Notes under the pieces: generated by a model
The model's database searches: none
What the model was told of the DNA's origin: nothing
What the model saw: only the letters and a program-made list of their open reading frames with translations
Program-made: the position numbers and the translations under genes
Source: Candidatus Buchananbacteria bacterium RIFCSPLOWO2_01_FULL_39_33
Lineage (GTDB): Bacteria; Patescibacteriota; Patescibacteriia; 2-01-FULL-39-33
Assembly: GCA_001817505.1 (NCBI GenBank)
Contig: MHIM01000004.1
Coordinates: 6,953-70,952 of the forward strand
DNA: 64,000 nucleotides
Direction of reading: 5' to 3'
Part shown: one piece after another, positions 40,509 through 48,971 of the stretch
How positions within the stretch are numbered: position 1 is the first letter of the stretch
Layout: each line of letters begins with the position of its first letter

Positions 40509-41304
40509 AAAAGGTCTTGGTGTAATCATACTCTTTTTTATTCTCCGGATTAATATGCTTTAAGGTAAATGTTATTCTGACAGTGCCGGGGGTATTAGTG
40601 ATAGACAAATTATCAAAATTTAAATTAGAGGATTCTATTCTAGAGGAGGTTAGATTAACCGGTAAATTAGATCCTTCGGCCATTAAAATAGCTGTGCCTG
40701 ACAAGCTAAAAATAGTCGGGCTTAATGAAATATCAGAAACATTCAAAGATAATTGCGAGGCGCTGCTACCGGCCATTGGTGAATTAATAACCTCGGAGTT
40801 GCGAATAGTTTGAGTGATTATATTCATCACCTGCCAACCCTGTTGTTCAACTTCTGAAACAACTTGGTTATCTACCCGCGATTGTAAAATTACCGATAAA
40901 AATATGGAAACAGTTAAAAGCATAGCTGATGACAGACCGATATAAAGCAATAATTCAATTAGGGTAAACCCAGCACCACTTTTATCGTTAACGATAAAAG
41001 TGGTGCTGGGTAAACCCTCAACCTCATTATTTTTTTTATTTTTATCAATATTAATATTAATCAATCCATTTCTCTTTTTTAATTCTCTTATTGCGTTGCC
41101 ATTATATTTTAATCTTTTCTCTCTAACCCTTGCTAATCGTTCTGTTTTATATGATTCATAATAAACTAAAGTCCAAGGCATATAACGCCTTGTTGATTTT
41201 TCTTTTCCACTATTATGTTTGGAAAATCTTCTTTTTAGATCTCCCGTTGAACCGATATATATCTCACTATTCATGTTATTTTTTAATAAATAAACATAAT
41301 ACAT
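40486..41304 (-). CDS. GIY-YIG nuclease fused in frame to a type IV pilin-like protein
   Basis: MYYVYLL...IYIGSTGDLKRRFSKHNSG...LVYYESY...ARVREKRLK, then KSGAG|FTLIELLLYIG pilin body with no intervening stop. Confidence 0.85.
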   Translation of the reverse strand: MYYVYLLKNNMNSEIYIGSTGDLKRRFSKHNSGKEKSTRRYMPWTLVYYESYKTERLARVREKRLKYNGNAIRELKKRNGLININIDKNKKNNEVEGLPSTTFIVNDKSGAGFTLIELLLYIGLSSAMLLTVSIFLSVILQSRVDNQVVSEVEQQGWQVMNIITQTIRNSEVINSPMAGSSASQLSLNVSDISLSPTIFSLSGTAILMAEGSNLPVNLTSSRIESSNLNFDNLSITNTPGTVRITFTLKHINPENKKEYDYTKTFYGSASLR

Positions 41305-41332
41305 ATAATTAAAAGTGGTGCTGGGTGAAACC
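40962..41332 (-). mobile_element. nuclease-carrying pilin-targeting element
   Basis: left end GGTTTCACCCAGCACCACTTTT (41311-41332), GIY-YIG ORF, 44-bp perfect palindrome 40968-41011 flanked by direct repeats gggtaaaccc. Confidence 0.8.
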
Positions 41333-41353
41333 TTTTTTATCAATGACCATAAA

Positions 41354-43225
41354 TTAAGGAATAATATTGCTTATTAATTTAGTTGAACCGTCAAGCATAA
41401 TAAAATTTATACTCAAAGTAGTACCAGTCATATTTTTATTAAAAATAAGATAGGTTAGAGGGTAAGTAACTGATGGTAATAAAGTAAAGTTGCTGATGTT
41501 CTCGGTCGCACCCGAGTTATTGCTGCCGGTCCAAACTGAAACGGCATTAATAGTAATTCCTGTTATTTTGGTGCCACTAAATGCTCCAGTCCAAGAGACA
41601 ATCATTTGATCTAAAATTATGTCGGCGGCGCCAATATTAGAAATGGTCAAACCGATTACTCTTTTATTATTAGTAGAATCTATGCCGGCACCAGTAATAT
41701 TAACGTTTAACAAATCAGCCTGCGATTGCGCTAAAGTAGTGGCGCTGGGAACATCAGACAAAAGTGAGGTATTAGGCACTTCATCAGAGGTCTTGATGGC
41801 AAAATAATAAGTAGTGTTAGAAGACAGACCGGAAACTGTCAGAGATTGAGCAGTGCCAGCTATCAAAGGCGCTGGTTCGCCTGATACTTGAGTGGCTGTT
41901 GCCCAATTAGCTTCAGTGATCAGTGAAGTTGAATAGCGTATATCATAGGTTGTAGCCGTACCGGTATCACCATCATCACCGGGAGAAGTCCAACTTAATA
42001 AAACTGAATTCAGAGTTATATTGGAAATAGTTAAATTGGTAATAGCAGCTGGCGATGTTGTATCGACTGAAAGCGGCAAGGTAGCAACGCTGGGAACATT
42101 AGACAAAAGCGAGGTATTGGGCACTTCATCAGCGGTCTTAATGGCCAAGTAATAAATGGTTGAAGGTAATAAATTGGAAACTGTCGCTGATTGAGCAGTG
42201 CCAGCTACTTGAGGTATTGGTTCACCAGTTAATTGTAAAGCCGTTGCCCAATTGCTATCATTGATCGGATTAGTAGAATATCTAATATCATAAGAAGCGG
42301 CTGTTCCTGTATTGCCATCATCACCGGGAGCAGTCCAGGACAAATCAATTGAATCAGAAGTTGGATTAGAAACTGATAAATCAATTACCGCTGATGGCGG
42401 AGTGATATCGGCAATTGTTCCGGGAGAAAAAGTAGCGGTAGCAATTGAGCCATCAGCCATAATAAAATCAAGAGTAATGGTCGTGCCCGTCATATTCCTG
42501 TTAAAATCTAAAAAGTCAATTAGATAAACAGTATTGCCGACTGGCAGAGTAAAATCGGTAATATTTAAGGTAGTGCCTGAATTAGCGCTGCCACTCCAAA
42601 CTGAACTGCCGGCTAAATAAACATTATTTATTTTAGAACCGCCTTCTCCATTAATCCAAGAAACAACCATTTGATTAATAGTTATATCAGCTAAGCCGTT
42701 ATTTTTCAAAGTTAAACCAATTATCTTGGTATTATCTAAAGCATCAAGATCAGAAGAACTGCTATCAATAATCAAATCAGTAGCTTGAGAAGTTCCCAGA
42801 GCCATCCAATAAGTCAGATAAGTGTCTAAAGAAACACTGCCAGATCTTTGTAGATTCTGCTGCCAAGTTACAGTGGAAGTTATTTTTTTAGTATCGCTAT
42901 TGATAGGACTGATGGTAATTTGACGGGTAAAATTTCCAATAACATCACTGGAACCGGCAATATTCCAACGACCGCCGACAACTTGCAAGCCATAAGTGCC
43001 ATCAATCAAATTACTAAAATCATCATCTCTGATATTTTTAACCGCTTCCAATCCCTCCTCGGCTAAAAAAACCGCTTGAGCTCTTTGGCCAGATAAAACT
43101 GTGCTTTCTTGGCCATAAATTATAGCCCCGACCAAAGCAGTAGTTATCAGAATAAACACCGAGCTAGCCAAAATAACCTCTACCAAAGAAAAACCACGAT
43201 TAGTAACTAACCAATCCTTTGGCAT
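41354..43225 (-). CDS. large pilin-like protein with two fibronectin type III repeats (putative adhesin)
   Basis: RG|FSLVEVILA; two D.T.P.A...LSWT.PGDDG.TGTA..YDIRYST repeats; probable start MPKDW. Confidence 0.85.
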   Translation of the reverse strand: MPKDWLVTNRGFSLVEVILASSVFILITTALVGAIIYGQESTVLSGQRAQAVFLAEEGLEAVKNIRDDDFSNLIDGTYGLQVVGGRWNIAGSSDVIGNFTRQITISPINSDTKKITSTVTWQQNLQRSGSVSLDTYLTYWMALGTSQATDLIIDSSSSDLDALDNTKIIGLTLKNNGLADITINQMVVSWINGEGGSKINNVYLAGSSVWSGSANSGTTLNITDFTLPVGNTVYLIDFLDFNRNMTGTTITLDFIMADGSIATATFSPGTIADITPPSAVIDLSVSNPTSDSIDLSWTAPGDDGNTGTAASYDIRYSTNPINDSNWATALQLTGEPIPQVAGTAQSATVSNLLPSTIYYLAIKTADEVPNTSLLSNVPSVATLPLSVDTTSPAAITNLTISNITLNSVLLSWTSPGDDGDTGTATTYDIRYSTSLITEANWATATQVSGEPAPLIAGTAQSLTVSGLSSNTTYYFAIKTSDEVPNTSLLSDVPSATTLAQSQADLLNVNITGAGIDSTNNKRVIGLTISNIGAADIILDQMIVSWTGAFSGTKITGITINAVSVWTGSNNSGATENISNFTLLPSVTYPLTYLIFNKNMTGTTLSINFIMLDGSTKLISNIIP

Positions 43226-43649
43226 TAATTGTGATAGTTTTTGAATCATTAATAGTGGTTAAAATAAGCGTGCCAGAACTTTGCGGCCAGCCCGTGAATT
43301 TATTAAAAATTATTTCTTGATTGCCTGAAGGAGTTATGGTCTTAGCTAAATCAAAAACTTCATCAAAGCCGATATCGCGACTAAAATAACTGGCGCCTTT
43401 AAAAATTGTTATTTTATTGTTGCCAACATAAACACCCCAAGTCATGTCCCCTTCAACTGCTTGAGATAATAACTGTGCCCTTCTTAATGATTGGGCTACA
43501 GTATTGACAGCCAAATCAAGATCATTTCTGACTTGAAAGGACTGATAAACGGGTACACCAATACCAGCGATAATAGCAATCACTGCTATTGAAAGAAGCA
43601 TTTCCAGCAAAGTAAAACCAGTAATTTTATTAAACGATTTAAAACCCAT
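43200..43649 (-). CDS. pilin/pseudopilin (FimT/GspH-like)
   Basis: TG|FTLLEMLLSIAVIAII. Confidence 0.85.
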   Translation of the reverse strand: MGFKSFNKITGFTLLEMLLSIAVIAIIAGIGVPVYQSFQVRNDLDLAVNTVAQSLRRAQLLSQAVEGDMTWGVYVGNNKITIFKGASYFSRDIGFDEVFDLAKTITPSGNQEIIFNKFTGWPQSSGTLILTTINDSKTITINAKGLVSY

Positions 43650-43659
43650 AATAGAATTT

Positions 43660-45132
43660 TTACTGGTTGATAAGTTCTACATAATCACCAAAGACCCAGC
43701 CAGTAGCGGCTGAAGGTAAAATTATTTCATACCAGCCAGCTTGCTCACTTTGATATTCATAAATCTCATCAGGATAAATCCTTAATAAGATACGGCCATT
43801 TAAATTGGGATTATCTCTGACATTTAAATAACCAACGGGGGTTGGTTTGATTTTTAATTTTTTAAGAGAAATAATATTCTCGGTAGTGGTAGCCAGTGGT
43901 TGTTCGGCTATTTCTTCAATTTCAATAATCGGTGAAGGCGGCAAAGGAGTTGAAGTTGATGACGACTGGCTCAAGCCGCCAATCAAGCTATAAATCGGTA
44001 AGATTACCGCCAAAGCCACCGCCACCACGCCCAGCCAGATTATTATCAAAAGAACCGGTTCAAGAATAATGGCTAAATTTTTAGTACTGATTTCTGTTTT
44101 CTCTTCAAAAATCTCGCCAATTTTTAACAAGGTCTCTGGCAGACAGCCTGATTTTTCAGCCGAACCGATCATTTGTTGAACGGGAATAGTTATTAATTTA
44201 TCACTATTTTTATAAAGGCCAAAAGTCCTATATATAGAATTGCCATTTTCAAGGCTTTTTTGTAAAAAATAAAAAAACTTTTTATAATTATAAAAAGTTG
44301 TAGCTTCAGCCAACGAGCTAATTGAATTAACAATTGGCAAGCCAGCCTTAAGCAGAGTACCTAAAATATAACCCAACTGGGCCATTTGCACTTGCTGGAT
44401 TAACTTGCCAACGCCGGGAATTTTAAAAAGAAGATACTGGCCAATGAATTTGGTCTTATAAAATATGAAGACAAAATAAATTATCAGCAGTAAAAATAAA
44501 ATTGAAATCGGAAAAAAAATAAAACCATAAACCTCTATAAATTTGCCAGTGGCTATTAAAACCTTAGTTAAAAATGGCAAGTCCAATCTTAATTGATTAA
44601 AAACGGAAGCTAAGCGGGGCAGAATAAACCAAGAAATCCCAATACCAATAACGCCAGTCAAAACTAAAACCAGCACCGGATACATCATAGCTGAATTTAC
44701 TTTTGACCTAAAAGACCTTTCTTTTTGCTGTTGGATAACTATTACCTTTAAATTATCGGCCAATTTGCCAGTTTCTTCGCCTATCCTGATCAGTGAAATA
44801 ATATGCTCGGGAAACAATTTACTTTCAATTAATGATTGGGATAAGGAAAAACCGGCATCAATATTACCTTTTAAATCACTGACTATGTCTTTTAATTTTT
44901 TTGATCTAATATCTGATTGGATGGCGTCTAAAGAAGATAAAAGATCCAGGCCTGATAATAAGAGCATAGATAAGTTTTCTATGAGATAATCTTTTTCTGC
45001 CGCCAAGCCGAAATTAGAAATAAAAGGCAGGTTAAAGCGCTTTTGATGAGTAGTTTTATATTCTTTTATGGCCTTAACCCGAGCTGGTAAAATTGTAGCT
45101 GTATTTTTTTTAACCTTTCTTTGACTAACCAT
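43660..45132 (-). CDS. pilC: type IV pilus platform protein PilC/GspF with C-terminal SH3-like domain
   Basis: GEETGKL, AMMYP, AEKSGCL, LEPVL; C-terminal YLNVRDNP...GWYEI...TGWVFGDYV. Confidence 0.88.
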   Translation of the reverse strand: MVSQRKVKKNTATILPARVKAIKEYKTTHQKRFNLPFISNFGLAAEKDYLIENLSMLLLSGLDLLSSLDAIQSDIRSKKLKDIVSDLKGNIDAGFSLSQSLIESKLFPEHIISLIRIGEETGKLADNLKVIVIQQQKERSFRSKVNSAMMYPVLVLVLTGVIGIGISWFILPRLASVFNQLRLDLPFLTKVLIATGKFIEVYGFIFFPISILFLLLIIYFVFIFYKTKFIGQYLLFKIPGVGKLIQQVQMAQLGYILGTLLKAGLPIVNSISSLAEATTFYNYKKFFYFLQKSLENGNSIYRTFGLYKNSDKLITIPVQQMIGSAEKSGCLPETLLKIGEIFEEKTEISTKNLAIILEPVLLIIIWLGVVAVALAVILPIYSLIGGLSQSSSTSTPLPPSPIIEIEEIAEQPLATTTENIISLKKLKIKPTPVGYLNVRDNPNLNGRILLRIYPDEIYEYQSEQAGWYEIILPSAATGWVFGDYVELINQ

Positions 45133-45142
45133 TATTTATTTT

Positions 45143-46798
45143 TTAAGTTTTGTCGATAAAAGGAGGAGCGGCTACCCGCAGTAATTCTTCAATAGTCGTC
45201 TCACCCTGCTTGACTTTTATTAGGCCGTCTTCAAAAAGAGTTTGAGCGCCTTCTTTGGTGGCTAATTCCCAAATTCTCTGGGTAGATGGATTGGTTAATA
45301 TCAATTCTTTCATTTTTGGCGTTATAGAAATAAATTCAAAAATAGCTATTCGGCCTTTATAACCGGTCTGGTTGCAAACATGGCAACCCTTACCCTTATA
45401 AAGAGTGTTGGTTTTAGAAAAATATTCTTTAGCCGAAGGAAAAAATTTTGATAATTCATTAAGGCTGACAAAGTAACTATGACGACATGATTGGCAAACT
45501 TTTCTAACCAAACGCTGAGCAATTAAAACTTCCATGGTCGAAGCCAAGAGGAATGGTTCAATACCCATATCCAATAGACGAGGGATAGCGGTGGCAGCAT
45601 CATTAGCATGAAAGGTGGACAATAATAAATGACCGGTTAAAGCGGCATTAACCGCTATTTCAGCTGTCTCATTGTCTCTAATTTCACCAACTAAGATGAC
45701 ATCCGGGTCCTGACGGACAATGGAACGCAGACCTTTGGCAAAAGTTAAGTTGGTTTGCAGATTAACTTGTATTTGATTTAAACCAGCTATCCGGTATTCA
45801 ATGGGGTCTTCAATAGTAGTGATATTAATATCTATGTGGTTAAGTATTTTCAAAACGGCATAAAGGGTGGTGGTCTTGCCCGCGCCAGTGGGGCCAGTAA
45901 CCAAAATCATGCCAAAGGGCTTTTGCGAGGCCTCTTTGATTAATTTCTGATGGAGAGCGTTCAAACCCAAATCCGCCAAAGCAAAGGCCTTAACATATTC
46001 GGAGAGAAGGCGCATAACTATTTTTTCGCCCTCAATAATGGGTATGATGGAAACTCGAAAATCAATAATTCTTTCATTTTTTACAAAGTGGATAGATCCG
46101 TCTTGAGCAGCCAAATGCTCATCAGTTCTTAAATGGGCCTGAACTTTGATACGATTTAAAATATTTTCATAATAACCCTTTTTTATCCGACCCGCTTCTT
46201 GTAAAACCCCGTCTATTCTAAAGCGAATTATAACTTCCATGGCCTGCGGTTCAAAATGTATGTCAGAAGCCCGATAAAGAACAGCGTCTTCAAATATTTC
46301 TTCAAGGATCTCTGGAGCCACACGGGTTTGCATTTTAATGATTTGAGCAAAGCGAGTTGATAAGGGCTGCCGATAATTAACAAAAATATTATCAATATCT
46401 TGAGGCAATGAATAGGCCAATGTTATTTTTTTGTTGGGAAATATTTTTTCAACTTCTTTTAATATTTCTTTATTGGTCGGATCATCAGAAGCAATAATAA
46501 CGGACTTGGCCTCTTGAGAAAAAAGAACTAAGCGATGCTTTCTGGCTATATTTTCCGGTATTTTTAAGACCTGGGCGGCCGGTGGAATATTAGAATTTAA
46601 ATCAGCATAAGGCACTTTAAAAAATTCGGCTAAGGCCTGGCCCAATAAATCAAAACTAATCAATTGTTCAGTGATCAAATAATCAATTATGGAAACCTGA
46701 TTAACTGCAGCGTAATCATCGGCCTTTTTAAGATCACTCTCGGTTATATAATCGCCTTTCAAAAGGATAGCGCCTATTTTTTGGTCGTTAAGATTCAT
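45143..46798 (-). CDS. pilB: type IV pilus assembly ATPase PilB/GspE
   Basis: ASDIHFEP, GPTGAGKTTT, TIEDPIEY, RQDPDVILVGEIRD, TGHLLLSTFHAN, tetra-Cys. Confidence 0.95.
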   Translation of the reverse strand: MNLNDQKIGAILLKGDYITESDLKKADDYAAVNQVSIIDYLITEQLISFDLLGQALAEFFKVPYADLNSNIPPAAQVLKIPENIARKHRLVLFSQEAKSVIIASDDPTNKEILKEVEKIFPNKKITLAYSLPQDIDNIFVNYRQPLSTRFAQIIKMQTRVAPEILEEIFEDAVLYRASDIHFEPQAMEVIIRFRIDGVLQEAGRIKKGYYENILNRIKVQAHLRTDEHLAAQDGSIHFVKNERIIDFRVSIIPIIEGEKIVMRLLSEYVKAFALADLGLNALHQKLIKEASQKPFGMILVTGPTGAGKTTTLYAVLKILNHIDINITTIEDPIEYRIAGLNQIQVNLQTNLTFAKGLRSIVRQDPDVILVGEIRDNETAEIAVNAALTGHLLLSTFHANDAATAIPRLLDMGIEPFLLASTMEVLIAQRLVRKVCQSCRHSYFVSLNELSKFFPSAKEYFSKTNTLYKGKGCHVCNQTGYKGRIAIFEFISITPKMKELILTNPSTQRIWELATKEGAQTLFEDGLIKVKQGETTIEELLRVAAPPFIDKT

Positions 46799-46817
46799 AA
46801 TTTAGATAAAAATTATT

Positions 46818-47198
46818 TTATTGATCCAATAACTTATTGATGTGGCCGACAACTTTGATAATTGGAGTGTTGGATTTAATAAAATAATCTTTAGCGCCCA
46901 GATTTTTGGCGCGCTGCAAATCCTCCTCCTGGCCTAAATTACTTAAAACAATAACCGGTATTTTAATGTTTTTACTTTTTAAAAATTCCATAATGCCAAA
47001 GCCATCAATTGGAGACATTACCAAATCAGTTAAAATAAGATCAAAATCTTCTTGGTTTAATAATTTAATGGCTTCTGTCCCATTAAAAACAGCTTTAGCC
47101 CGAAAATTAAGCTTATTTAATTTTAATTCTAAGGCCTGCGCCATTGGCTTTTCATCATCAACAATAAGTATCCTTTTACCCTTATTTTCCCTCTTCAT
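46818..47198 (-). CDS. single-domain response regulator
   Basis: ILIVDDE, DLILTDLVM..IDG, LSN, GAKDYFIK. Confidence 0.92.
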   Translation of the reverse strand: MKRENKGKRILIVDDEKPMAQALELKLNKLNFRAKAVFNGTEAIKLLNQEDFDLILTDLVMSPIDGFGIMEFLKSKNIKIPVIVLSNLGQEEDLQRAKNLGAKDYFIKSNTPIIKVVGHINKLLDQ

Positions 47199-47249
47199 AA
47201 GAATTAATATAATGCTATTATTATAACATTATTTCCAAAATCAATAAAA

Positions 47250-48449
47250 TCAATTTATTTTAACAACACCGCTTCTTAAAACAATAATTTTATCATCTTC
47301 TATTTTTATCAGAGTTGAGGGTTCTGATTCTAATTTACCCTGGCCAAGGTAGAAATCTACAGTATTGCTAAAATACCTTTTAGCTTGCTTAATGGTTAAA
47401 GCCGGCTGTCGTCCTTCAGGATTAGCGCTGGGCGCTACCAGCGGACCGGTTTTTTTAAGCAGAGTTAAGAGCCACTGGTTATTAGGCAATCTAAAAGCCA
47501 AAGAATTAGTGCCACGATGCAAGTATTTTAATTTTTTATTGACTGATAGAACAATGCTAATTTGTCCTGGCCAATATTTCTGGAGAATTTTTTTGGTTGG
47601 TAAATCAATTTTTACTCCAAATTTTTTTAAGTCAAATAAAGAACTGATTAAGATAATAAATGGCTTGTCTGGTTTTCTTTTTTTGATTTTATAAATCCTC
47701 TCAATTGTTTTTTTATTTTCTGCCAAGCCGACTAAGCCGTAAAGAGTGTCGGTGGGCATAACGCCAACACCGCCATTTTTTAAAATTTTAATTTGCTGAT
47801 TCAAATATCTTTTAGCCAGATCATTAAGATTAACAACATCACCGGCTGTAAATTGTCCGACTCTGATTCTTTTTAGGCCGGTTAAATAACCGCCAACTCC
47901 CAAATCTTGACCGATATCCTTGGCCAGCGACCTGATATAAACGCCCGGACCAGTAACAACTTTTATTTTTAAATTAGGATATTGATATTTTAAAATTTTA
48001 ATATTTTTGATTTCTACCGGTCGAGATTTTAATTCAATCACTTGGCCGGCTCTGGCTAATTTATAAGCCCGCTGACCGGAAACTTTAATGGCGCTGTAAG
48101 CCGGCGGAGCTTGTTTGATTATACCAGTAAATTTCTTTAAAACATTTTCTACTTCAACTTTATGAACTTTATGAACTTTCAAACTTTTAACTTTCTGGCC
48201 TTCCCCATCATCGGTACTGCTGGTTAATCCCAGTTTTATATCAGCCAAATATTCTTTCTCTTTTTTGACTATTTGGCTTAATTGTTTGGTGGCTTCTCGC
48301 CCCAAACCCACGACTAAAATACCTTCAGCTAAGGGATCAAGTGTGCCAGCGTGACCAACTTTCTGTTCACCAGTAAGTTTTTTTATTTTAGCCATCAAAG
48401 CAAAAGAAGTCGGGCCTTGGGGTTTATAAATTGGAAAAATATTATTCAT
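47250..48449 (-). CDS. truB: TruB tRNA pseudouridine-55 synthase fused to TsaC/Sua5 threonylcarbamoyl-AMP synthase
   Basis: GHAGTLDPLAEG, PPAYSAIKVSG, GVYIRSL; then PTDTLYGL, KRKPDK, WPG, APSAN, PSTLI. Confidence 0.9.
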   Translation of the reverse strand: MNNIFPIYKPQGPTSFALMAKIKKLTGEQKVGHAGTLDPLAEGILVVGLGREATKQLSQIVKKEKEYLADIKLGLTSSTDDGEGQKVKSLKVHKVHKVEVENVLKKFTGIIKQAPPAYSAIKVSGQRAYKLARAGQVIELKSRPVEIKNIKILKYQYPNLKIKVVTGPGVYIRSLAKDIGQDLGVGGYLTGLKRIRVGQFTAGDVVNLNDLAKRYLNQQIKILKNGGVGVMPTDTLYGLVGLAENKKTIERIYKIKKRKPDKPFIILISSLFDLKKFGVKIDLPTKKILQKYWPGQISIVLSVNKKLKYLHRGTNSLAFRLPNNQWLLTLLKKTGPLVAPSANPEGRQPALTIKQAKRYFSNTVDFYLGQGKLESEPSTLIKIEDDKIIVLRSGVVKIN

Positions 48450-48562
48450 ATGAGTTGATAAAATAACTGGCCTTAATCTTTTATTTATTGACTAATCTTT
48501 TTATTTGCTGTAATCTTGACTTAGCACCTTGACTATAATCAAAACAGCCAAAGGAGCATAAA

Positions 48563-48895
48563 ATGGTTATGGACTGTCGTCCTGATTACGAAGTTTGCGA
48601 TTGCCAGTGCCACCGCTTTCCTGGCTTTGAACACATTATAAATTGTTGCAATAACTGCCCTTATTGCCACCGTAATATCAAAACATTTTTCTTTGATGAG
48701 CATGTGGTTGAATGCGCTCAAAAAGCATCGGGATTATTGTGTATCTCAGACAGTGAGCTCTGCGACTGTGAATACCACCAATTGCCAGCCCATTGCCGGC
48801 CACCTTGCTGTATGGAATGCCCTTATTGCAAACTGCACATCAAAAAAACCAGTTTAACAAAGCATTTAGAAAAATGCAGCAAAAATCGGCAATAA
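48563..48895 (+). CDS. Cys/His-rich duplicated zinc-finger protein
   Basis: two repeats of CDC..H...CC..CPYC-x11-H-x3-C; AAGGAG SD. Confidence 0.7.
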   Translation: MVMDCRPDYEVCDCQCHRFPGFEHIINCCNNCPYCHRNIKTFFFDEHVVECAQKASGLLCISDSELCDCEYHQLPAHCRPPCCMECPYCKLHIKKTSLTKHLEKCSKNRQ

Positions 48896-48971
48896 GCGCC
48901 TCAAATTATTTGAGGCCTTTTTATTTACCCCGTTAGATAGGTAATTACGTTGCCAAAAAACTCCTTTCAGT

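Noticed and set aside
40962-41332. Group I intron or intein explanation for the pilin insertion
   Set aside because: Non-coding parts are only short inverted repeats with no P/Q/R/S core, and there are no intein Cys/Ser...His-Asn termini.
41305-41343. ORF-track start (TTG, MIKKVSPSTTFNY) for the nuclease-pilin ORF
   Set aside because: It reads through the element end in a shifted frame. The native pilin ATG is 41350 and the nuclease ATG is 41304.
41700-42420. FN3 repeat pair as a DGR template/variable repeat
   Set aside because: Both copies are in frame within one CDS, differences do not appear adenine-specific, and there is no reverse transcriptase in the window.
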